Positions 31,164-44,292 of a stretch of 64,000 nucleotides of DNA are shown piece after piece (within the stretch, counting starts at the first letter, position 1; the number at the start of each line of letters is the position of its first letter). This DNA is from an uncultured Acidobacteriota bacterium (GTDB lineage Bacteria; Acidobacteriota; Vicinamibacteria; Vicinamibacterales; Fen-181). The stretch lies in NCBI GenBank assembly GCA_963744445.1, contig CAVUTP010000014.1, positions 1,533,073 through 1,597,072 of the forward strand, in the 5' to 3' direction. Made by a program: the position numbers and the translations under genes. The notes under the pieces were generated by a model. It searched no databases. It was not told the DNA's origin and was given only the letters and a program-made list of their open reading frames with translations.

Positions 31164-32715
31164 GTGATCTTCGAGCTCTTGCTCCTGCCGGTCGTGATCC
31201 TCGCGGTCGTCCTGGCGGTGTTCATCGCCGGGTGGCTGTTCAGCCGCAACTACATCAAGGTGTCCCCCAACGCGGTGGCCGTCTTCAGCGGGCGCAAGCG
31301 AAAGCTCCCCGACGGCCGGCTGGTCGGTTACCGGATGGTCAAGGGCGGCGCCGCGCTGCGCATCCCGCTGCTCGAGAAGGTCGAGTACCTCTCGCTCAAC
31401 GTCATGACCATCCCGCTCGAGATCAAGCGGGCCTACACGCTGAAGGGCGTGCCGGTGTCGGTCAAGGCGGTCGCGAACGTGAAGATCCGCAGCGACGACA
31501 CGTCGCTGCAGGCGGCGGCGGAGCGGTTCCTCGGCATGACGCACGACCAGATCCAGCGGGTGATCTTCCAGACGCTGGAAGGCCACCTGCGGTCCATCCT
31601 CGGCACGCTGACGGTCGAGGAGATCAACAACGACCGCCAGAGCTTCGCCCAGAAGCTGACGAGCGAGGCCGCGGCCGACCTGGAGAAGATGGGCCTCGGC
31701 GTGGACGTGCTCACGATCCAGGAGATCAGCGACGAGGAGGAATACCTCAACGCCCTCGGCAAGCGGCGGACCGCCGAGGTGAAGCGCGACGCGACCATCG
31801 GCGAGGCCGAGGCGACGCGCGACGCGAAGATCAAGTCCGCGCTGGCGCTGCAGGAAGGCGAGAGAGCCCGCTTCTCGGCGGAGGCCGAGATCGCCCAGGC
31901 GCAGCGCGACTTCATGATCCGCCAGGCGCAGTACCAGGCGGAGGTCGAGACGCAGAAGGCGACCGCCGCGCAGGCGGGCCCGCTCTCGCAGGCCAAGGCG
32001 CGCCAGGGCGTCGTCGCCGAGGAGGTGAAGGTCGAGCGCCAGCGGACGCTCGAGATGATCTCGGTGCAGGAGCAGGAGGTCCAGCGCAAGCAGCGCGAGC
32101 TGGAGGCGACCGTCATCAAGCCGGCCGAGGCGGACCGGCTCGCGGCCATCGTCCGCGCCGAGGCGGAGAAGCAGGCCGCCATCCTCGCAGGCCGAGGGCC
32201 GGCGGTCCGCGCTCATCGCCATGGCCGAGGCCGAGCAGGAGAAACTGCGGAAGGAAGGCTTCGGCCGCGCGGCGGCCGTCGAGGCGGAAGGCAGGGCGGA
32301 GGCCGCCAAGATCGAGGCGATCGGCCTGGCGCAAGCCAAGGCCATCGAAGCGCAGGGCGTGGCCGAGGCCACCGCCATCCTCCGGAAGGCCGACGCGTGG
32401 AAGCAGTTCAACGACGCCGCCAAGCTCCAGACGATCCTCGAGAAGCTGCCGGCCATCATCGAGTCGTCTACGGGCGTGTTCGGCGCGGTCGCGGCGCCGC
32501 TCGGCAACATCGACAAGCTCGTGGTGATCGACCAGGGCGGCGGCGCCGCGGGCACAGGGAACTCGGGTCTCGAGCGGCTGGCCAAGACGAGTCCGTCGGT
32601 GGTCTTCAACCTGCTGCAGCAGCTGGAGGCGCTCGGGCTGAACCTGCCCGCCGTCCTGCAGCAGCTGGGTGTGGGGACGGGGACCGCGGCGCCGGGAGAT
32701 GGGCAGCAGCGCTGA
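31164..32715 (+). CDS. floT: Flotillin (SPFH/band-7 domain, FloT-like) with an Ala/Glu-rich coiled-coil; the C-terminal part is in a different frame (apparent frameshift near 32200)
   Basis: SPFH domain in ORF 31164. The EA-repeat coiled-coil and C-terminus are in ORF 32221-32715 (AEAEQEKLRKEG, AEAAKIEAIGLAQAKAIEAQG). Confidence 0.8.
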
Positions 32716-32818
32716 GGAGGCTGGATGTTCCGCCTGCTGTCCCTGGCGCTCCTGCTCGCGCTGGCGCTGACGGCGCGGCCCGCGGCCCAGGACGACCCCC
32801 ATCCGATCCCCGTCCGTT

Positions 32819-34877
32819 CTACGCCAAGCCGCGGTGAGCGGCACTCTCCCTCCTGCATTCTTCGAGCACGACGCCTGCGAGGACGTCCGGCGTGACGGGC
32901 TTGGTGAGGTGCTCGCGGTACCCGGCCGCCAGGGCCTTGACCCGGTCCTCGGGGCGGCCGTAAGCGGTCAGGGCGACCGCGGGCGTCTTCCCGCCCTCGC
33001 CGGGAGACAGCAGCCGCAGCTGGCGGATGAACGCATAGCCGTCCTCGCCGGGCATCCCGATGTCGCTGAGGACGATGTGAGGGCGCCAGGCGCGAACCCT
33101 CTGCAGCCCCTCCCGCGCGGAGGCCGCCTCGTTCGTCTCCGCGCCGTACGCGCGGAGCGCCGCGGTCAGCACGGCCCTCGCCTCCACCTCGTCGTCTACG
33201 AGCAGCACGCGAACACCGGCAAGGGAGACTCGTGGCGGCGCGACTGGCGCCGCCGCCCGCGCTCCCTCCGCCTCGTCTCTCTTGCCGTCCCGGCCATCGC
33301 CCTCCGCAGGGTCGGCGCCGGCCGCCGCCGGGATTGTTACCGTGAAGACCGAGCCCCGGCCCTCGCCCTCACTGGCGGCCGTGACCTGGCCGCCATGCAG
33401 TTCCACCAGGTGCCGCACGATGGCGAGACCCAGGCCAAGACCGCCGTGCCTCCGCGACGCGGACCCATCGGCCTGCCAGAACCTCTCGAAGAGGTGAGCC
33501 TGCGACTCCCGCGACAGCCCGGCGCCGGTGTCGCGCACCGCGCACGTCGACTCGCCCATCGCGCCGCCGGAGGTCCACGGCGACCGTGCCTCCCTCGGGC
33601 GTGAACTTCACCGCGTTCGAGAGGAGGTTCCAGAACACCTGCTGCAGCCGGTCGGGATCCGCTCGCACGGCGACATGGGCCATCTCGGCGACCAGCAGCT
33701 GGATCCGCCTGGCCTCGGCGGCCGGTCGAACGATCTCGAGCGCGGCCTGCACCGTGTCCGCCACGTCGATGGCGCGCGGGTTGAGCCGAAGCTTGCCGCT
33801 GATGATGCGGGAGACGTCGAGCACGTCGCTGATGAGTGCCGTCTGCGCCTTCGCGCTCCGGTCGATCACTTCGTGGGCGTGGCGGACCTTCTCCGGTTCC
33901 AGCGAGCCGTGCAGCAGCAGCTGCGACCAGCCGACGATGGCATTCAACGGCGAGCGGAGCTCGTGCGAAAGCGTGGCGAGGAAATCGTCCTTCGCACGGT
34001 TGGCTTCGGCCAGCCGCTGGCGCTGCTGCTGGAGGTCGCGAAACAGCTCTTGGTACGGGTCGCGCAGCGTGCCCTCCGCCACGGCCTTGAAGATCAGGAG
34101 GTACGCCACGGCCTTGAGCAGGTGCCCCGCGACGTTGAAGTCGCCGTACACGCTCACGTACTTCGTGAAGGCCAGCTCCGACAGGATGGTGGCGCCGACG
34201 GCCGCCATCAACAGTTCGAGCGTCCGCGCCGAGAAGCGATCGCGGCGGCGCCAGACCAGCGCGAGGCTGCCGAGCAGCACCGCGCAGATGGCGTACTCCG
34301 CGCCGATCTTGAAGCCCGTCAGTCCGGCGTTCGGTCCCTCGACGTAGCAGGTGGGAAAGAGGTCGAGGGGGAACACCAGGACCAGCAACGCAGCCGTCAC
34401 GCCGAGCCATGCCAGCAGCGCCGGCCAGGCTCGAACCCGCCGGTCCAGGAACGCCGGTGCCAGCAGGAACGACACCGCCTCCATGGCCCGGCCCACGATC
34501 CACAGCTGCGTGGGAAGGTTCGCCCGTACCCGGGAAACACGCCCATCCCCTTTGTACGCGAGGGTGTGCAGCAGGTCCACGGCGCCCACGAAGAGCGCCG
34601 CGATTCCCAGGAACGTCAGGTAGTGGTTGCTGCTGAAGCGTCGCGTGTTCCAGGCGACGGCGAAGATCGCGGCGCAGACCGCCGCGCAGATCATCTCCGT
34701 GAGCCCGTGGAACAGCAGGTAGTTGTAGAGGCTGATGATCGACAGCCCCGCGGCCAGGGCCGCCGATCCCACGATCCAGCCGACGCGCTGGACGGACCGT
34801 TCGTGTTCGAGGCGCCTGCCCGGTGCCGGGGCGGTGGTGGTGGTCGTCGTCGTGCCGGGCTGCTCGAGTGTCCCCAT
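32819..34877 (-). CDS. Hybrid sensor histidine kinase with an N-terminal polytopic membrane sensor, HisKA, HATPase_c and a C-terminal receiver; the C-terminal part is in a different frame (apparent frameshift near 33550)
   Basis: ORF 33369-34895 has 6-7 TM helices and the H-box LATLSHELRSPLNAI. ORF 32819-33559 has the G2 box and a REC domain (VLLVDDE, LSDIGMPGEDG, KPV). Confidence 0.8.
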
Positions 34878-34996
34878 GTGCGATTGAGCCGGCAAGCGCC
34901 GGCGCCGGCCGGGGCCTTTCCGCTGTTGGACCTCACCGTGAGGGGCCGATTATACCAGCCGGATCCGTCGCGCCGACTTGGCGTATCCTTCACAGC

Positions 34997-36703
34997 ATGA
35001 ACTTGCGCCTTGCAGCGCTCGGAGCCGCAACGATGACCGTGACCTTGATGGCCCAGCTTCCCGGCGACCGGCCGGCCTCGAACCCGCGCGCGACGCGCTC
35101 GGTGGTGATGGCGCGCCGCGGGATGATTGCCACGAGCCAGCCGCTCGCCTCCGCGGCCGGGCTTCAGGTCCTGCGGGAGGGAGGGAACGCGGTGGACGCC
35201 GCCGTGACCGCGGCCGCCGTCCTTTCGGTGGTCGAACCGACGATGAACGGCATCGGCGGCGACTTGTTCGCGATCGTCTACGACGCGAAGACGAAGCAGC
35301 TGGCCGGGCTCAACGCCAGTGGCCGCGCCGGGCGGGCGGCAACCCCCGAGGAGTTCCGGCGCCGGGGCCTGTCGAGCATCCCCGAGCGCGGGGTGCTCGC
35401 CGTCACGGTGCCGGGCGTGGTGGACGGCTGGAGCGAGCTGCTCGCCAGGCACGGGACGATCCCGTTGGCGCGCGCGCTCCGTCCCGCAATCGAGTACGCG
35501 CGCGACGGGTTCCCGGTCCCCGAGATCATGGCGACGATGTGGAAGGCCAACGAGGAGGACTCTGCGGACGGACACGATCGCCGCGCGGACGTTCCTGCCG
35601 TCGGGCCGGGCACCGGCGACCGGCGAGGTGTTTCGCAATGCGCAGTTGGCATCCACGTTGGAACAGATTGCCGCGGGCGGACGAGACGCGTTCTACAAGG
35701 GGTCTGTGGCGGCGGCGATTGCCGCCGACATGAGGCGGCGCGACGGCCTGATCGACGAACGCGACCTTGCCGCCCACCGTTCGGACTGGGTCCAGCCGAT
35801 TTCCACCAGCTACCGGGGCCACGACGTGTTCGAGCTGGGTCTCAACACCCAGGGCTTCGTGGCGCTCGAGATGCTCAACATCCTCGAGGGGTTCGACCTG
35901 AAGGCGCTGGGCCACAACTCGCCGGCCGCCCTGCACCTGCTCGTGGAGGCCAACCGAATCGCGTTCGCCGACCGGCGCGCCTACCTCGCCGATGACGATG
36001 CCGTGCCGCGCGAGGTGCAGGCGATGTTGATCTCGAAGGAGTACGCGGCCCGGCGGCGCGAGGAGATTTCGCCGGAACGGGCGGCGGCCTCCTACGCGCC
36101 CGGCCGTCTCGAGGGGGCGAAGGTGCCTGGCGGCGGGGGAGTGGAGATCGGGGAACCGGGGACACGATCTACCTCACCGTGGCCGACGGCCAGGGCAACG
36201 TGGTCTCGCTCATCCAGTCCCTGTACGATGCCTTCGGCTCCGCGGTCGTGGCGGGCGAGACGGGGATCGCGCTGCAGAATCGCGGCGCGCTGTTCACGCT
36301 CCAGGCCGGCCACCCGAACCTGGTGGCTCCGGGCAAGCGGCCGTTCCACACGCTGGTGCCGGCGATGGTGATGAAGGACGGCCGGCCCTGGCTGTCGTTC
36401 GGCGTGATGGGCGGCGACATGCAGCCGCAGGGCCACGTGCAGGTCCTGGTGAACCTCATCGACTTCGGCATGAACGTGCAGGAGGCCGGGGAGGCCGCGC
36501 GCTACCGCCTCGCGGGCGGCAACGTCGCGCTCGAGAGCGCGTTCGGGGCCGACACCAGGGCCGCCCTCCAGAAGCTCGGGCACAAGGTCACGTCGGGCTT
36601 CGGCATGTGGGGAGGCTTCCAGGGCATCCTCATCGACCCGAAGACCGGCGTCCTGATGGGCGGCTCCGACCCCCGAAAGGACGGGCTGGCCATCGGGTTC
36701 TAG
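34997..36703 (+). CDS. ggt: Gamma-glutamyltranspeptidase (Ntn hydrolase), spread over three reading frames (two apparent frameshifts near 35560 and 36160)
   Basis: Signal peptide, then GGT motifs across ORFs 34823, 35319 and 36179 (TTHLTVAD-like GDTIYLTVADGQGNVVSLIQS; GGDMQPQGHVQVLVNLIDFGMNVQEA). Confidence 0.8.
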
Positions 36704-36715
36704 GCGCCTGCCGCT

Positions 36716-36954
36716 TTCCGGTTGACGGTTGACGGTTGACGGTTCCCCGACGCTGGACGCGCGGCGGCCCTTGGCGCGGGCTGGACCGTGAACCGTGAAC
36801 TGTGAACCCTGAACGGTGAACCGCGACCCACACGCATGTCCAGGAAGCGTTAAGGGTTGACGGTTGACGGTTGACGGTTCCCCCACGCCGGACGTGCGGC
36901 CCTTGGCGCGGGCTGAACCGTGAACGGTGAACCGTGAACCGTTAAGCCCTGACC
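36716..36954. repeat. Tandemly duplicated unit of about 120-135 bp. Each unit is a (GGTTGAC)x4 array and an inverted (GAACCGT)xN array flanking a GC-rich core.
   Basis: Unit 1 is about 36716-36852 and unit 2 about 36853-36954. The two arms are near reverse complements (GGTTGACGG against CCGTGAACC), so a long imperfect hairpin could form. Confidence 0.8.
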
Positions 36955-37046
36955 ATGGAACTCCCGCGGCGCGCGCTGCGTCTACGCCGTAAGGTGCCAA
37001 CCCCGGTCTCGAGGCTCGAGGATCACGGGTTGGCGGCCCGGATTTT

Positions 37047-39476
<2,430 letters not shown>

Positions 39477-39497
39477 TCGCGCAGCATTCCGGACGCC

Positions 39498-39914
39498 CTA
39501 CCAGTTACGCCAACCCTCCTCGGGGTCGGGTGCCGAGCCCGCCCCCGCCTTCGTGGAAGACACATCCGTAGTCGAAGGCGGCGAAGGCGGCGATCCGGGA
39601 AATTGGGGTCGGGACTGGACTTCCTCTGTGGCGGCCGCTTCCGCGTCCGCCCTCGCCAGGCGGCCAAGGTAGGCGGCCAGCTCCTTGAATGCCACGTAGG
39701 AGGAGTCGAGGGTGTACACACGGGTGCGGCCGACCAGCCGGCTGGAGACGAGGCCGTCGCGTTCCAGGCCCTCGAGCGCCTTGCGGACGGCGAAGATGGG
39801 GGAGTCGAGCCGGCGGGCGAGCGCGCGCGGGTAGCTGAACTCCAAATCGCTGAGGGCGAGGAGGATACGAGTCCGGGACCGGCTGCCGAACGGGCTGGAC
39901 TCCTTCATGAGCAA
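39498..39914 (-). CDS. Winged-helix transcriptional regulator (PadR/ArsR-like HTH)
   Basis: SRTRILLALSDLEFSYPRALARRLDSPIFAVRKALEGLERDGLVSS, with a Pro/Ser-rich tail. Confidence 0.55.
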   Translation of the reverse strand: MLMKESSPFGSRSRTRILLALSDLEFSYPRALARRLDSPIFAVRKALEGLERDGLVSSRLVGRTRVYTLDSSYVAFKELAAYLGRLARADAEAAATEEVQSRPQFPGSPPSPPSTTDVSSTKAGAGSAPDPEEGWRNW

Positions 39915-39945
39915 TGATAGTGCTTATATGAGCACTATTATTGCT
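39908..39945. promoter_or_regulatory. 16 bp inverted repeat GAGCAATGATAGTGCT-TATATG-AGCACTATTATTGCTC (putative operator)
   Basis: An AT-rich palindrome with 1 mismatch. It overlaps the start codon of the HTH regulator and lies about 20 nt upstream of the thiolase gene. Confidence 0.55.
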
Positions 39946-39961
39946 CAGAGTCAAGAAGCTT

Positions 39962-41150
39962 ATGAATAGCGATTCCGTCGTTATCCTGAGCGCCTGCCGG
40001 ACGGCCATCGGCACCTTCGGCGGGAGCTTGAAGGACATGAGTGCCGTGGACCTCGGTGCGGTGGTCATACGGGAGGCGGTGGCCCGGGCCGGGGTCGATC
40101 CCGCAGACACCGGGGACGTGATCATGGGGTGCGTGCTCCAGGCGGGCAACGGCATGAACGTGGCCCGGCAGGCGGCGCTGAAGGCCGGCATCCCGGTTGA
40201 CGCGCCGGCCGAGACCATCAACCGGGTCTGCGGGTCGGGCCTGCAGGCGGTCGTCCACGCGACCGAAGCCGTCAGGGTGGGATACACCCCGATGGTGATT
40301 GCGGGCGGCACCGAGTCGATGAGCACCGCCCCGTACCTCCTGAAGGGCGCGCGTTGGGGCTACCGCATGGGGAACGCCGAGGTGGTCGATTCGATGCTGG
40401 GCGAGGGCCTGACGTGCGCGATCGGCGCCTGTCACATGGGGACGACGGCGGAGGAGATTGCTTTACGCTACGGCGTCAGTCGCGCGGACCAGGACGCGTT
40501 CGCGGTGGAGAGCCAGCGCCGTGCGCGGGAGGCGATTGCGGCGGGCCGCTTCCGGGACGAGATCGTGCCGGTCGAGATCACGCGCAAGGAAGGGCGCGCC
40601 GCTCCGTTTCGAGACCGACGAGCACCCGCGGGCTGCGGCGACGATCGAGTCGCTCGGCGCGCTGCGGCCGGTGTTCAAGAAGGAAGGGACGGTGACGGCT
40701 GGCAACGCGTCGGGGATCAACGACGGTGCCTCCGCGCTCGTCGTCGCCTCCGAACGCTGGGCGCGGGAGAGGGGCAGGGAGCCGATCGCGCGTATTGTGT
40801 CCTACGCCTCGATGGGGGTGGACCCGGCCATCATGGGGATGGGGCCGGTGCCTGCGATCCGCCGGGCGGTCGCGCGCGCGGGCCTGCAGCTGGCGGACAT
40901 CGAAACAATCGAGCTGAACGAGGCGTTCGCGGCGCAGGCGCTCGCCGTGATCCGCGAGCTGGGGCTCGACCAGGCACGGGTCAACGTCAACGGCGGGGCG
41001 ATCGCGCTGGGCCACCCGATCGGTGCGAGCGGGGCGCGCGTGTTGACGACGCTCCTGTACCGGCTCCGCAGCAGCCGCCAGCGTTACGGCCTGGCGAGCC
41101 TCTGCATCGGCGGGGGCATGGGGATCGCGATGGTGGTGGAGGCGGTCTGA
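39962..41150 (+). CDS. Acetyl-CoA C-acetyltransferase (thiolase II); the C-terminal half is in a different frame (apparent frameshift near 40600)
   Basis: Thiolase motifs [12 protein letters not shown] (Cys88 region) in ORF 39941, and [20 protein letters not shown] and the C-terminal Cys region LCIGGGMG in ORF 40458-41150. Confidence 0.85.
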
Positions 41151-41192
41151 GAATGGAGAATGGAGAATTGAGAATTGAGAATTGAGAATGAA
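41149..41192. repeat. Heptamer tandem array (GAGAATG/GAGAATT)x6
   Basis: gagaatggagaatggagaattgagaattgagaattgagaatg lies directly after the thiolase stop codon. Confidence 0.8.
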
Positions 41193-41197
41193 GTGGC

Positions 41198-41269
41198 ATC
41201 AGGGGTCAAGGGAGCGACTGACCACTTCTCCAATTGGCCAAGTGGTCAATGGCGTCCTCGTTCCCTGAA
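41198..41269. repeat. Dispersed palindromic REP/MITE-like element, copy 1 of a tandem pair
   Basis: catcaggggtcaagggagcgactgaccacttctccaattggccaagtggtcaa..gttccctga, with the internal hairpin TGACCACTT/AAGTGGTCA. Confidence 0.8.
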
Positions 41270-41287
41270 GACCCTGGCACCGTCGGG

Positions 41288-41352
41288 CATCAGGGGTCAA
41301 GGGAGCGACTGACCACTTCTCCAATTGGCCAATCGTCCCCTTGTTCCCTGAC
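41288..41352. repeat. Dispersed palindromic element, copy 2 of the tandem pair
   Basis: Its first 45 nt are identical to copy 1. Confidence 0.8.
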
Positions 41353-41370
41353 CGCAGCGGTTCCCGCTAC

Positions 41371-42216
41371 TGTTTCACCAGCTCGACCCGCCGGTTCTTG
41401 GCGCGGCCGTCCTCGGCATCGTTGCTGGCGACCGGGGCGAGCGGCCCGACGCCACGCCCCACGAGGCGCGGCGGCGGCGATCCCGTGCTTCGTGACCAGC
41501 GCCTGCACGACGGCCTCGGCGCGAGCCTGCGACAGCTTCGTGTTCAGGTCCAGCGACGCCACGTTGTCGGTGTGGCCCACCACGAAGACCTTCAACGCGG
41601 GGTCGGCCTTGAGCAGTTTCGCGACTTCTGCGACGGCCGCATCCGACTCGGCCTTCAGCTCCGACTTGCCCGTGTCGAAGTAGATCCCCGGGACCTCGAC
41701 GTGGCCCGTCGCGGCGAGGCCCGACTTGAACAGGTCGGCGCTCGCGACCACCTGCTGCGCCATGGCCTGCTTTTCCACGATGGTCAGGAGATAGCCTCTT
41801 CCCCAGGCGGTATCGACCTGCGTCCAGATCTCCTGGCCGTCCTGGAGACCTTCGACCGTCGTGTACCGCTGATCTTCGTACTCGGCGGTGCCGCCGATTG
41901 CGGCGATGGCCTGCTGGTGGTTGCGGATGATGGCCAGCGGACCCGGCACGGCCGCCTTGGGATCGGCAAGGGTGTACCTCACCTCGAAGCGGCGGCCCTC
42001 GACGGGCACCTGTGTGGCCTTGCCCGTCTTGAAGATGATGCGGTCGAAGTCCACGGTCCGGCACGAGACGATCCGCATGCCCTGCATGCGCGTGAAGAGA
42101 GGGTGGTCCTTGCAGCCGGCGGCATCCGCCGCCTGCGGGGCTGCGACGAGCGGGGACGCCGGGACAAGGAGCAGCGTGGCCAGGCACAGGAGCACGATCG
42201 AACGGGCACGGGTCAT
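41371..42216 (-). CDS. OmpA-family protein (signal peptide and OmpA C-terminal peptidoglycan-binding domain), with an apparent frameshift near 41470
   Basis: MTRARSIVLLCLATLLLVPASPLVAA. OmpA_C-like motifs (FDTGKSELK, VVGHTDNVASLDLNTKLSQARAEAV). The C-terminus ..RRVELVKQ is in another frame. Confidence 0.65.
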
Positions 42217-42270
42217 GGGCGATGTCTCCCTCCGGGGGGCAGGAACAATCCCGCGGGATGTTATCACCAC

Positions 42271-42313
42271 GCGCCAATTCGCCAAGTGGTCAATTGGTCC
42301 CTTGCTCCCTGAC
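42271..42313. repeat. Dispersed palindromic element (reverse orientation), upstream of the OmpA-like gene
   Basis: cgccaattcgccaagtggtcaattggtcccttgctccctgacg is the reverse complement of the GTCAGGGAGCAAGG..TGACCACTT core. Confidence 0.75.
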
Positions 42314-42314
42314 G

Positions 42315-44112
42315 TCATCTCACCCGGACGACCGCGCTCCCGAGGCGGTCCGAGGCGTAGTCGTACACGATGACCTTGACGTAGCGCACGCGGCCCTTCA
42401 CCACCACGCGCGTCGAGTGGGTGAACCCCTCCTTCATCAGCCGCGCGTGGGTCTCGTCCTTCAGGCGCAGGTCGGCCTTCTCCCACGATTCCCCGACGAG
42501 AGTCTCCTTCTCGTCCCCGCAGAAGACGTCGATGTCCAGGGAGGCGACGTGACGGTCGCCTTCCTGCTGGAAGGGCACGCGGGACAGGTCGACCGTGATG
42601 TCCACCAGTATTTCTCGCCCGGTCTTCGCGTCCTGCCCCTTCTCGAACGACGCCCTCGCGGCGACCGGGATATCGCGCATGTCCCGGTCGTGGTAGCCGG
42701 CGGCCGCGACACGGCTGAAGGTCAGGAACGCCCGGCGGTCGAGCGGCACCAGCATGTCGCGCCCGTAGTAGCCGTGGCGGAAGAGGACGGTGGCGCCCGG
42801 GCGGTTCACCTTGATCTCGATCTTCCGGTATTTGCCATTCCAGTTCGCGTTCGCCGGGTAGTAGCCGATCAGGTAGCCCGACCGTGTCACCTGGTCGATG
42901 CGCGCGAGCGCGCGGTCCGCGTAGGCCATCGTGGACGACACGCCGCCGGTCAGTTGCGAGACCGTCTTCAGGGTCTCGAGCGCGAAGCGCTGGGTGGCGG
43001 ACGGCCCGGGCCCGCGCGCGGCGAGCCGGTTGAACTGCGTTCCAGCGAGTGCGCCGCCGCCGAAGACTCCGGGCGGCGGGGGGCCCGGGATGCCGCCCGT
43101 CTGGATCGTGTCCACGACGACCCGCGCGTCGTTCGCCATCGCGCCGATGCCGAGGTCGTCCTCGACGCGGGGCAGGATCAGCCCTTCCTCGGTCACGAAG
43201 ATCAGGTGCTTCTCGCCCTGGAGGTACCGCATGTACTCGATGCCGGTGTAGATGTTCGTGAGGTCCTGCTCCGCGCGGATGTTGCCCGTGACGTACTCCC
43301 CGAGCGTCACGTCGAAGCGCTCGGCGTCGCGCTGCCGCGTCTCGTCGAAAGGCGTCTTCATCTCGCCGTGCGAACTGGCAATCTCGGCTTCGAGCAGGGC
43401 GTCGGTGTCGCGGCGGATGTCCTCGGCCAGCCGGGAGGCCGCGGTAATCGGCGCCGGCGGCAGCTTCCGAATCGGCGCGGTTCCGGGGCCGTACAGCATC
43501 TCGTCGATCATCCGCTGGGTGGCCGGGGCAATCTCCGTGCTGCCGTACAGGCCTGCAGGGAGCGGCCGTCGACCTGGTGAGCGATCTGGACCTCGATCTT
43601 CTCGTGGCCGCGGCGGAAGCGGTCGAGCGTCTGGGCGACCTTGGCGTGGTCCGTTGTGAAGTCGGTTGCGCGGTTGTAGGCGAGCACCGCAACCTGGTCC
43701 TGGGGGAGCAGCTGCTTGCGCACGAAATCGAGCAGCGCGTCCATGCCCTTCGCGGGTTCGATGAGCCGGCCCCGCCCGAGCACGATCAGGAAGATCCGGT
43801 AGTTCTGGGGCGCGAGCTGGGCGCTCTCCGCCGCCTGGCGCAGGGCGGGGCTTCACGCCGGGCTCCGGCGTCTCGGGCGCCAGCGAGTGCTCGGCGAAGT
43901 GGCCGACTTTCTGTGGGACGCCGTCCTCGAGGACGACGAAGTCCTCGACATTCAGGCCGGTGATCGGTTTGCCGTTCGCGTCCACGACTCGGACATCGAC
44001 CGGGACCAGCGTGATCCGGCTGCGAAAGACCGGCTGGTCGGGCCGTTGTTGCGCCAGCGCGAGGCCGCGCCGACAACGATCAGAAGGACGATGACGGCGG
44101 CACGTCTCGGCT
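42315..44112 (-). CDS. VWFA-related Acidobacterial-domain protein (VWA-like), spread over at least four reading frames (three or more apparent frameshifts between 43500 and 44000)
   Basis: Family N-terminal signature QQRPDQPVFRSRITLVPVDVRVVDANGKPITGLNVEDFVVLEDGVPQ, a VWA-like core in the 43508-43783 frame, and a conserved C-terminal half in ORF 42315-43985. Confidence 0.6.
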
Positions 44113-44159
44113 GGAGCACGGTGGAGCCTTTCAGCGAGGGCAGGCGCTGCCGGGATTAT

Positions 44160-44195
44160 AGGCAGGGATCAGGGATCGGGGATCGGGGATCGCGG
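44160..44195. repeat. Heptamer tandem array (CAGGGAT/CGGGGAT)x5
   Basis: cagggatcagggatcggggatcggggatcgcggagg. Confidence 0.8.
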
Positions 44196-44202
44196 AGGAA
44201 TG

Positions 44203-44272
44203 CCGTCAGGGAGCAAGGGCGCAACTGACCACTTCTCCAGTTGGCCAAGTGGTCAAATCGCGTCCTCGTTCC
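44203..44272. repeat. Dispersed palindromic REP/MITE-like element, copy 1 at this locus
   Basis: gtcagggagcaagggcgcaactgaccacttctccagttggccaagtggtcaaatcgcgtcctcgttccctg. Confidence 0.8.
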
Positions 44273-44292
44273 CTGCCGACCCCGTCAGGCAT

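Noticed and set aside
32725-32898. Whether the small signal-peptide ORF after flotillin should be called as a CDS feature
   Set aside because: It is 57 codons long and antisense-overlaps the hybrid kinase 3' end. I cannot assess conservation, so it is reported only as a finding.
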